DNA from: an uncultured Candidatus Rokubacteria bacterium
GTDB lineage: Bacteria > Methylomirabilota > Methylomirabilia > Rokubacteriales > CSP1-6
DNA length: 64,000 nt
Reading direction: 5' to 3'
Assembly (NCBI GenBank): GCA_963771355.1
Contig: CAVYTA010000005.1
Location: 864,001 to 928,000 of the forward strand
Shown: one piece after another, positions 9,697 to 18,467 of the stretch
How the letters are laid out: every line of letters begins with the position of its first letter
Numbering within the stretch: the stretch's first letter is position 1
Program-made: the position numbers and the translations under genes
Notes under the pieces: generated by a model
The model's database searches: none
Seen by the model: the letters and a program-made list of their open reading frames with translations, nothing else
What the model was told of the DNA's origin: nothing

Positions 9697-10362
9697 CTAG
9701 TATCTCGTGAGCAAGCCCCCGAAGATCCAGTGGCCGATCTTGAACGCTTCCGTGACGGTGGCTCCAGAGCCTTGAGCGGCCGGGTTCGCGTCTCGCCAGG
9801 CCCTCAGATGTTCTTCCGACCGGAAGAAGTTGATCGTCGTTCAGAGCGAGTCGAAGGCCTTGCACGGCTCGTCACCGCGCGCTCCGAACCACACCATCAG
9901 CCCTTCGGCGGTCCCCACCACTCCGTCCGGCGTTGTGGCGATCTTCAGCGGTTCACCGCAGTGATGGCAGGACGACGTGATCTCGACGGGTTCTCCGACC
10001 ATCGGCGCGATGCCGAGTGCGTCGGTCGCGCAGCAGGCGTAGCGCTCGCGGGCGCCTGACAGACGCAGGCGAAACGGCGTTGCCGCGGCCGAGAACGGGT
10101 AGGCGACGTCGATCCGACCAGTGCGGATCCGGATCAGGTCGTCAGCATCGAGCGCGACGAGGGCATCGTGGACCGCCTCGGCCCGACGGTCAGGCGAGCC
10201 GGCGACGATGTCCTCGACGGGAATCGGCCCGCCTCGCTGCAGAAAGGTCCGGAGGATGAGCCGGACGAGAGGCTGCTGCCGAGCCGCCCGGCGAGCGGCC
10301 TGCCGCTCAAGCGGATCGAGGGCCTTCAATTCGTCAGCCGTCAGGATCACCAGGTTTGCCAC
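9697..10362 (-). CDS. merB: Organomercurial lyase MerB-like, in-frame TGA (putative Sec) at the second catalytic Cys
   Basis: AYPFS and ACCATDALG (Cys96/Asp99 equivalent); after TGA (9841-9843) the frame continues [20 protein letters not shown]...[17 protein letters not shown] to TAG at 9697. Confidence 0.85.
9811..9828 (-). promoter_or_regulatory. Candidate bacterial SECIS element of merB
   Basis: UUCUUCC-GGUC-GGAAGAA perfect 7-bp stem; loop starts 19 nt after the UGA. Confidence 0.7.
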
Positions 10363-10389
10363 GATCGGCCTCCCCTCTCACTCGAACCG

Positions 10390-10420
10390 AGCGTAGAGTC
10401 TGTAGTAGCTCCAGACTCAA
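10390..10420 (-). promoter_or_regulatory. MerR-family operator/promoter driving the merB operon
   Basis: TTGAGT-19 nt-TACGCT with dyad GAGTCTGTAG..CTCCAGACTC. Confidence 0.85.
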
Positions 10421-10446
10421 GGATTATTTCAGAAGGGGGCAAGGGC

Positions 10447-10879
10447 ATGGCGGACACGGGGCGGATCGCCATCGGCGCGCTGTCGAAGCGGACCGGTACC
10501 AATATCGAGACCATCCGCTACTACGAGCGCGTCAGGTTGCTGCCCGCTCCGGCTCGGAGCTCGGGAGGCTACCGCCTGTATGGGACTGGGCACCTGAAGC
10601 GGCTGAGCTTCATCCGCCGGGCGCGCGCGCTCGGGTTCTCGCTCGCCGAGGTGCGAACCCTGCTGGCTCTTGCAGATCAGCGACGGCGCCCGTGCGCCGA
10701 GGTGCGGGTGGTGGCGGCGGCTCACCTTGATGACGTGAAAGGAAGATCGCGACTTGAAGGCGATGGAACATGCGCTGGCAGAGACCATCGCGCGCTGTGA
10801 GGCGGGTAGCGGCTCGCACTGTCCGGTGATCGACGCGCTATGTACCACCCGAGGCTACCCAGCCCAGAAGCGCGGATAG
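10447..10879 (+). CDS. MerR-family regulator with three-Cys metal site, copy 1, frameshift near 10750
   Basis: IETIRYYER, RRPCAEV, then ARCEAGSGSHCPVIDAL in the second frame. Confidence 0.85.
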
Positions 10880-10889
10880 AGCTCCCGGA

Positions 10890-11150
10890 GTTGCCAAGAC
10901 CAACCGGACGTCTGGGCGGCGGCGCTCGGTCAGATAGCGCTCCCGCACCGTCGGATCGCTCAGCGGCGTGCCGCTGGCGCAGCACATGATGGAGCGCGCG
11001 TCGTCGGTATGCGGCAGGCCCACGGCGTGGCCCAGCTCGTGGCCGCCCACCTCGACCAGGAGCGGCTCCGACTCCGGGTGGACGCCCCCAAGAGGCAGCA
11101 TCAGGTCGATGCGCACCGGGCGCTTGATCGCCCCGAGATCGTCGTGTTCG
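10890..11150 (-). pseudogene. Matrixin/metzincin peptidase fragment
   Basis: HELGHAVGLPH...SIM (HExxHxxGxxH plus Met-turn). Confidence 0.65.
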
Positions 11151-11169
11151 AGGTAGGTCCGGTTGGGCA

Positions 11170-12270
11170 CCTGAGGAAACCTCTCAGGGACGAGATTCTC
11201 CTCTCGGGCACCCGTGCCCAGATTGCCATCAAGCTCTTCGGTGCCGATCTCGGCATCTTGAGAACGAAGGCGGGCGAGATCCGCGACGCGATGGCCAGGG
11301 TCGCCGGAATCGTGGACCTGCTCGTCGAGCCTCAGGTCGGAGTGCCCCAGGTCCAGATCAATCTGGACCGGCGCGCCGCGGCGGCGGTCGGGCTTCGCGC
11401 GGAAGATCTCACGGAGACGGTGGAGACCGCCTTCAGCGGCCACGTCGTCTCCCAGGTGCTGCAGGAACAGCGAAGCTACGACATCCTCGTGCGCCTGGAC
11501 GACACCGCCCGGGAATCGGTCGGACGATCCGCCGAACCCTCATCGACACCCCCAGCGGTGCTCGCGTCCCCATCGGCCAGCCCGCCGGAGGTCCGGGTCG
11601 ATGCGGGACCGAACACCATCAACCGGGATAACGTGCAGCGGCGCATCATCGTGCAGGCCAACGTCACGGGCCGGGACCTCGGCAGCGTGATCGCCGAGGT
11701 CCGGCAGGCGATCGCCGCGCGGGTCGCGCTGCCGCAGGGATACTTCGTCCAGTACGGCGGGCAGTTCGAGTCGCAGGAGCGGGCGGTTCGGCAGATCGCG
11801 CTGCTTTCTGCCGCGGCCATCGGAGGGATCTTCCTCCTCCTCTACCTGGCGCTCCGTTCCAGCCGTTTGGCCACGCTCGTGATGGCCAACTTGCCGCTCG
11901 CGCTGATCGGCGGGGTCGTCATGGTGTTCGTGGCGGGCGGCACGCTGTCGATCGCCTCCCTCATCGGATTCATCGCGCTCTTCGGCATCGCGACCCGGAA
12001 CGGCATCATGCTCATCACCCACTACCGCCACCTCATGGAGGAGGAGGGCGTGGGCTTTCGGGACGCCATCGTTCAGGGATCGATGGAGCGGCTGAGCCCC
12101 ATCCTCATGACGGCGCTCGTCACCGGTATCGGCCTCGTTCCGTTGGCGCTCGGCGCCGGTCAACCGGGGAAGAGATCCAGCAGCCCATGGCTATCGTGAT
12201 CCTGGGCGGGATTGCCACCTCGACGGCGCTCAACATGATCGTCATTCCTGCGCTCTACCGTGAAGTTCGG
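11170..12270 (+). pseudogene. C-terminal fragment of a CzcA/CusA-type RND transporter
   Basis: YGGQFESQ, NLPLALIGG, FGIATRNG, ERLSPILMTAL; no N-terminal part. Confidence 0.8.
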
Positions 12271-12363
12271 ACGCGCGGAGGCGCGGCGGACGCGCGAGGA
12301 GCCGGCCGTAGGTACGGCCGCTCTCAGCGGCTAGCTGCCGGCTCATCCGGGCAGCACATCACC

Positions 12364-12555
12364 ATGCTGCTGCGGAGCATAGTCGCGCTTGGCGTCGTGG
12401 CTACCATCGCGGTGCTGATCGCGTGGGTGCTTGTTCGGCTGATGTGGTCGCCGCCCTCGTCTACCGCCGCTCGGGCAGCGCTGGTCTGCACTATTCTCAT
12501 CCTGACCGCTATTGGCCTGTGGGTCTTCTTCGTGCTGCCCGCATACTGGGACTGA
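12364..12555 (+). CDS. Small two-TM membrane protein
   Basis: Hydrophobic 63-aa ORF ending VLPAYWD. Confidence 0.45.
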   Translation: MLLRSIVALGVVATIAVLIAWVLVRLMWSPPSSTAARAALVCTILILTAIGLWVFFVLPAYWD

Positions 12556-12691
12556 TCTCGGAGGGCGGATTGAGCCGGTCACACGGAGCGACATATCCAC
12601 GCTGTGCGCCGCCGGGAGCGAGGAGCCCGCGCGCGGGGCGACCGCGGTCGCCGGCGATTGATCTGCTGGACCCTCCGCGAGGAGATTCCTG

Positions 12692-12860
12692 ATGGATAGC
12701 GTCTCCTTTGAGATGGTACTCATCGCGCTCGGCACCCTGGCCAATGGGTTCTTCTTCGAGTCCGAGTTCGCCCTGGTATCTCGCGCATCAGCCGGCTGGC
12801 CCAGCTGCGCGAGCAGGCCGTGCGGGGCGCGGCTGCCGCGATGCGCCTCAAGGAGAAGCC
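12692..12860 (+). pseudogene. N-terminal remnant of a CNNM/hemolysin-family (DUF21) protein
   Basis: LANGFFFESEFALVSR motif; truncated. Confidence 0.6.
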
Positions 12861-12861
12861 C

Positions 12862-12968
12862 CTGCTCGTTCGTAGAGGCGAAGCGCCTTGCGGCTGGCGC
12901 CGTTCTTCGCCGCCATCTCACCGATCAGCAGCCCGTTTCTCGCCATGACTGGAGGTAAGTCCTGCCCC
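12862..12968 (-). pseudogene. Remnant copy of the 539-982 MerR gene start plus half its operator
   Basis: MARNGLLIGEMAAKNGASRKALRLYERAG, near-identical to the 982 gene start. Confidence 0.75.
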
Positions 12969-13069
12969 GCGGGACTCCGAGCGCTCCGTCTCGAAGCAGG
13001 AAGTAGCAGAAACACAGCACATGCTGCCCGGAGGCGGCAAACGACCTCTTGAAAGGAGCGCACTTCCTC

Positions 13070-13399
13070 ATGGCTTCGGTGATCAACTCGATCGTGCTCT
13101 TCCTGGTGGCGGGCCTCTGCGAGATTGGGGGCGGCTACCTCGTGTGGCAGTGGTGGCGTAACGGGAAGTCGGCGTTCATCGGTGCTCTAGGAGCCGCGGT
13201 GCTCGTCCTCTACGGCATCGTGCCGACATACCAGCCGCAGCACTTCGGGCGTGTCTACGCGGCCTACGGCGGCGTTTTCGTCGTCCTCTCGGTCATCTGG
13301 GGTTGGGGCGTGGATGGCATCGCGCCAGACCGCTTCGACATCCTCGGCGGGCTCATCTGCTTGATCGGCGTCGCGGTGATCATGTACTGGCCCCGGTAG
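13070..13399 (+). CDS. ynfA: YnfA (UPF0060) family small membrane protein
   Basis: [30 protein letters not shown]. Confidence 0.9.
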   Translation: MASVINSIVLFLVAGLCEIGGGYLVWQWWRNGKSAFIGALGAAVLVLYGIVPTYQPQHFGRVYAAYGGVFVVLSVIWGWGVDGIAPDRFDILGGLICLIGVAVIMYWPR

Positions 13400-13440
13400 G
13401 CCGCCCGGGAGGCTGCGATCAGCGCGGGCATGCCTACCTC

Positions 13441-13764
13441 CTAGCGCGTCGGCGGCGGCGCTCCCGAAGGCGGAGAACCCTTCGTCGACGCGCGGAACCC
13501 GAGGCGATCTATAGCCTCGATCATCTGCGGGACCGCCACCTGTGCGGGGTCGAAGGTCACGACCGCCTCCTTCGCCCTCAGGCTCACATCTGCCCGACTC
13601 AGACCCCTCAGCCCTTCCAGGGCCTTCTTCACTCCAACGGGGCAGGCGCCTCAGGTCATTCCGTCCACCGTGAGGACCACCGTGGACGTCGCGGCCTACA
13701 ACGCGGTGGATGCAACGACCAGCAGGCCCAGTAGCACGGCGACGACCGACACCCATCGATTCAC
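13441..13764 (-). CDS. merP: MerP-like periplasmic HMA protein with GMT-U-GAC (TGA, putative Sec); also a TAG in the signal peptide
   Basis: GTG at 13764 with AGGAGG RBS; MNRWVSVVAVLLGLLVVASTAL-TAG(13696)-AATSTVVLTVDGMT-TGA(13651)-GACPVGVKKAL...EAVVTFD aligns to MerP VWAATQTVTLAVPGMTCAACPITVKKAL. Confidence 0.8.
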
Positions 13765-14163
13765 TGCGTTCCTCCTATGGTGTGGCCGGTGTGAGACTGA
13801 TCAGCGGTCATCACGTACGCCAGCAGATCGGAGGTGAACTCGGGGAAATGATCGAGCACGATGGTCGTAGCGACGACCAGGCTCGCCAGGATCAGCAGCC
13901 CGAGCGTGATGCGACTGCCTGCCGTCCGGCAGGCTGGCCAGCGCGTCACAGCGCCGCCGCTCCCGCCGGTACAGGACGAAGCCGGCGACGATGCCGATGA
14001 TCCCGGCCGGGACCAGCAGCCAACGGTACTGCATCGTCGTCGCCATGAACGCGCCACTCCCAAGCCCAAGCACGATCACTGCGAGAGGGAGAAGACAGCA
14101 GAGCGAGGCGAGCGCCGCCCCCATCCACGCGACCAAGCCAGCAGCGAGCGCTGCACGTTTCAT
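13761..14163 (-). CDS. merT: MerT-like mercuric transport protein, frameshift near 13935
   Basis: ASLCCLLPLAVIVLG, QYRWLL, cytoplasmic C-x(4)-C; stop overlaps the merP start (GTGA). Confidence 0.8.
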
Positions 14164-14172
14164 AGTGTCCGC

Positions 14173-14328
14173 CTACCCTTCTGCTGGGGCGTACGCCCCA
14201 TACTCGAACGTCAGACGGTACGTGCGACCGCAGCATCGAACCGTATCTCCCGGCTTCACGTCGTCGGGGAGGGTCAGTACGTCATCGCACTCGGGGCAAC
14301 TCACCCGACAAGCGAGCGTCGCTCTCAC
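14173..14328 (-). CDS. Single zinc-ribbon protein, the distal half of the 9211-9480 gene
   Basis: CPECDDVLTLPDDVKPGDTVRCCGRTYRLTFEYGAYA. Confidence 0.6.
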   Translation of the reverse strand: MRATLACRVSCPECDDVLTLPDDVKPGDTVRCCGRTYRLTFEYGAYAPAEG

Positions 14329-14336
14329 CTGAGCTG

Positions 14337-14367
14337 AGGGTAGAGTCTGTAGTAACTCCAGACTCAA
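14337..14367 (-). promoter_or_regulatory. Second copy of the MerR-family operator/promoter
   Basis: TTGAGT-19 nt-TACCCT with dyad GAGTCTGTAGTAACTCCAGACTC. Confidence 0.85.
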
Positions 14368-14392
14368 GGACTATTCGGGGGGGGGCAAGGGC

Positions 14393-14798
14393 ATGGCGGA
14401 CACGGGGCGGATCGCCATCGGCGCGCTGTCGAAGCACACGGGGACGAACATCGAGACCATCCGCTACTACGAGCGCGTCGGGTTGCTGCCCGCTCCGGCT
14501 CGGAGCTCGGGAGGCTACCGCCTGTATGGGACGGGGCACCTGAAGCGGCTGAGCTTCATCCGCCGGGCCCGCGCTCGGGTTCTCGCTCGCCGAGGTGCGA
14601 ACGCTGCTGACTCTGGCAGATCGAGCGACGGCGCCCGTGCGCCGAGGTGCGGGTGGTGGTGGCGGCGCACCTTGATGACGTGAAAGGGAAGATCGCCGAC
14701 TTGAAGGCGATGGGGCATGCGCTGGCAGAGACCATCGCGCGCTGCGAGGCGGGGAGCGGCTCCCGCACTGTCCGGTGATCGACGCGCTCGATGCTTAG
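14393..14798 (+). CDS. MerR-family regulator, copy 2, frameshifted
   Basis: Near-identical to the 10447 copy at DNA level. Confidence 0.85.
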
Positions 14799-14813
14799 GG
14801 GCCAGCTCGTCAC

Positions 14814-15426
14814 CTAGGGGATCGTTAGCGGACGCAGGGCGCGCCTCGCTTCGCCGATAATCCTGATGGCCGAGGTAGCGAACATTGCGGCGGATCAGGA
14901 GACCCACCGCGATGTCCGGCCACGCGGAGCCCGTGAGGGCGACCCCGCCCGCCGCCATCAGCACTCCGGCATTGGCCATCACATCATTCCGGGAGCAGAG
15001 CCACGCGGAGCGCATGTTGATGTCGTCACCCCGACGCCGCCAGAGCAGGAACAGACAGATCACGTTGGCGGCCAACGCGAGGAGGCCGATGCCCCCCATG
15101 AGCCCGGCGGCCGGGACGATACCTCGGGCGATTTTCAGGATTGCTTCCAGGAGGACGCCGAGGCCGAAGATTGCCATCACGGTCCCTTTGAGCAGCGCCG
15201 CGCGCGCCTGCCAGACGCTACCCCGGCTCACGACATAGAGGCTGAAGCCGTACACGAGCGCGTCCCCGAGCATGTCCACCGAGTCCGCCAGGAGGGCCGT
15301 CGAGCCGGCGAGAAGCCCCGCACCAAACTCCACCAGGAACATAGCGGCATTGATACACAGGACGATCTGGAGCACCCGGCGCTGCCGGGCGGGAACATCA
15401 ACCATCACCTCACAGCAGTCTTTCAC
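14814..15426 (-). CDS. Cation diffusion facilitator-type transporter, frameshift near the C-terminus
   Basis: GSTALLADSVDMLGDA, DINMRSAWLCSRND, WPD; N-terminal DCC. Confidence 0.85.
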
Positions 15427-16740
15427 GGCACATTCATTATGCATGAGGGGCCCGGCTCGGAGCCACGCTTGCGGCGATGCGACCCGACGGCGGGACCGTC
15501 CCGCCTTCGATCGGAGAGCATGGAGTGCTGTGCGGGCACGTCTTCGTGTTTCAACTGGATGGCGTGTTTCCTAGTGCTCTCCGCCCGGAGGAGGAAGCTG
15601 CCCTCGGTGACCACCCTCTCCCCGGGGTGCAGCCCGGACACGACCGCATAGAACTCGCCCACCGGGACCCAGGCGTACCGTGCGCTGGATGAACTCCCCT
15701 CCTCGTCCTGGCGGCCACGAAGACCACCTGGCGCCCGCCGAGCGTCTGGACGGCCGCCTTCGGCACCAGCCGCCGTCGCCCGCCGCGGTCCGAAGACCAC
15801 GGTCACGAACATCCCCAGCCGAAGCCGCCCTCCGGGTTCGGCACCTCGACCCGGACCTTGGCCGTCCGCGCCTGGGGGTCGACCCGCGGGTCGATATAGG
15901 TCACGCGGCCCCGGAGCGCGTGCCGGGGTAGGCCGGCGTCTGATGGCGGCCTCGGAGCCGACGCCGACGCCGCGAAGTCCTGCTCGTAGAGATCGCCGAC
16001 CACCCAGACCTCGAGAGGTCGGTCACGACGAAGAGCTCCTGCCCATGCCGACCACCTGGCCGGGATTCGCGGACCGGCCGGTAATGACGCCGCCGATCGG
16101 CGCCGGTACCGTCACTTGGAGATGACCTGAGTGGACCTCGGAGGCCTCGACCTGTTCTGCCGTAGCCCGAGCAGCAGCAGCCGCTGGCGCGCGGCCGCGA
16201 CCTCGGTCGCGTGGCTGGCATGGACCGCCGTCACCTCCTCGAGCTCCTGACGGCTCGCCGCGCCGATCGCCGCGAGCGCCTGCGTGCGTTCGCGCTTCTG
16301 GTGGTCGGCCTCCAGCATGGCCCCCATGGAGAGATACTTCGTCTGGGCGTCGGCGAGCTCCGTGCTGAAGACGTGGCGAGCGGCTGCCGCGCCCCACCGC
16401 CGCGCCCAGCTCGACATGCACCTTGCGGACGATGCCGGCCGCGACGGGCGTGACTTTGGTCTCCCGGTAGGCGTTCGCCACCACACTGCCGGGCACGATG
16501 ACCTCCATTACGTGGAGCCGGCCGTCACCGGCGCGGTCTTGATCCCGGCTCGCGTTACCGCCTCGGGGTTCAGCACGACTCGACGTCCGCGGCGGCCGCC
16601 GGCGATGGCCGGCCGTCACGGGAGCCGCCGCCGGGGGGCGGCGGCCGATCGACACCCGAGCGGCGCGCCACCACAGTGCCGGCAGCCCCGAGCGCCGTGA
16701 AGCCGAGCGCGCCGCCAACCCAGAGAAGCGCGGCGACCGA
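15423..16740 (-). pseudogene. RND periplasmic adaptor (CusB/CzcB-like), many frameshifts
   Basis: VPAPIGGVI, YIDPRVDPQARTAKVRVEVPN, VVSGLHPGERVVTEGSFLL. Confidence 0.8.
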
Positions 16741-16745
16741 TCGGC

Positions 16746-18039
16746 TCACGATGCTTCTCCGATGGCTCGCTCGATCTCCACCGCGGCGTCATAGACCTGC
16801 TTGAGCACCTCCGTATACCCGTCTCGACCTCGATGAGCGGCGCTGCTCGGCGATGACGTCGAGCAGCGGACCGCGGCCGAGCCGTAGGCTCTGGCGGACG
16901 ACGTCGAGATTCTGCCGCGCCACGTCCCGCACGCCGCGCTCGTAGAGTCTCGAGCGAGCGCCGGGCCGCCTCGTACTGGGTGAAGGCCGCGGCGACCTCC
17001 TGGCGCACCATGAGCTCGAGCGAATTCCCGCCGCCGCTCCGGCCGCTCGCGCCTCGGCCTGCGCCGCCGCGATGTTGCCCTCGTTGCGGTTGCGCACGGG
17101 CAGGGTGATCGTGACCCCGCCGCCGACAATAATGGAAAGACGTCCTGGATCGGGCGCGTCGCCCCGCGGTCGTCAGGCCGCTCAGGTCGAAGCCGAAGTC
17201 CTGGCGCTGGTAGCCGACGTTGACGCTGGCGTCCCAGCGCCCCTCGGCCTCTTCCTTCCGGATCCGCGCCCGCGCCATCGCCGACCTCGGCCCGGGCCGC
17301 GCGGAGGTCGGGCCGGTCGGCGAGCGCCTGCGCTCGAGGCCCTCGTCGCGGTCGATCCGCACCGCCGGCGGCGTCCAGCTCGCCCCGCCGACTCGAGCGG
17401 CTCTCCGGCGGCAAGCCCGGCGAGCGCCTGAGCTGGAGCGTGCAGCACCTCGACCCGGCTCCAGGACTGCTGGGCTGGCCTCCAGGCGATTGACCTCGAC
17501 GAGCAGCAGGTTCTCGTCGAGCGGGGGCGCCGCCCCGCGGCGCACGCGCTCCCCGACGAGGCCGAGCGCCTGCCGGTTCGCCTGCGAGCAGCTCTCGCGT
17601 GACGGCAGGTTGCGCCGCGCGGCCAGCAGCTCCCCGGCCTTGAGCCGGATCTCGGCCCGCAGCCGCCGCTCCCGCTCGGCGAGCTGCGCCTGCTTGACCC
17701 CAGCTCGCGCTCGGCCACCCGACGCGGCCCTCCTTCCGGCCGTTCAGGTCGAGCGGCAGCGTCACGCCCACCGATGAGGTTGTTGTCCGGGCCCGGTGAC
17801 GCTTTCTGGCCCGCGAGGTCGAGCATCGGGTTCGGGCGAAGCCCCGCCTGCTGGACGCGCGCCGCGCGCCGCCTCCACCTCGGCGCGCGCCGCCTGCAGC
17901 TCGGGGTGTTCCGCGAGCGCCCGCGCGACGAGCTCGTCGACCGTGACTCGCGCCGCGGTCGGCGGCGCTCTGGGCCGACGCCACGACGGCGATCGCCACC
18001 AGGAGCAGCAGGACGGGCTCCCGCCGAGCGTCGCATCAC
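16746..18039 (-). pseudogene. TolC/CzcC-family outer membrane factor, many frameshifts
   Basis: QAGLRPNP, GVTLPLDL, RNRNEGNIAAA, LLDVIAEQR. Confidence 0.8.
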
Positions 18040-18047
18040 GGCACCTC

Positions 18048-18455
18048 CTAGCGCACCGGCACGGAGAACCGCGTCGAGCCCTTCCCCGCCGGCCCGTCCC
18101 AGGTCACCGTCACCTGCCGCGCGCCGCTGTCGGGGAAGCTGATCGTCCCCTGGTAGCGGCCCGGGCGCTTGTCCGGCGCAGCGTGGCCCCGGCGATCATC
18201 GGCGCCATGCCCGGCATCGCCATGCTGGTGCTGAGGCACCTTGCCGGCATCGACCGGCTTCCCGTCTTGGCCGAGGTGAACTCCAGCGACGAAGTGTTCT
18301 TCCCTGCGTCCACTGCCCGGACTCGCTCGCAGCGTCACGCACGTCCTTGGTCTTCTGCGTCTGGATGGCCTTGAGCTCGGCCCCCGGCCGGGCCGAGCGA
18401 GCCCGCCAGCGATCAGCAGACCGATCACGACACTCAGCACGATTGCACGTGTCAT
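18048..18455 (-). pseudogene. FixH/YtkA-like Met-rich periplasmic protein, frameshifted
   Basis: Signal peptide, SMAMPGMAPM, PGRYQGTISF. Confidence 0.6.
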
Positions 18456-18467
18456 TCGTCCTCCTTG

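Noticed and set aside
10838..11443. Intact 201-aa metalloprotease
   Set aside because: The N-terminal half is the antisense of the CzcA fragment; only the HExxH part is real
13696..13698. Pyrrolysine at the merP TAG
   Set aside because: It falls at a Trp position in the signal peptide, one change from TGG; no pyl genes or methylamine methyltransferase context
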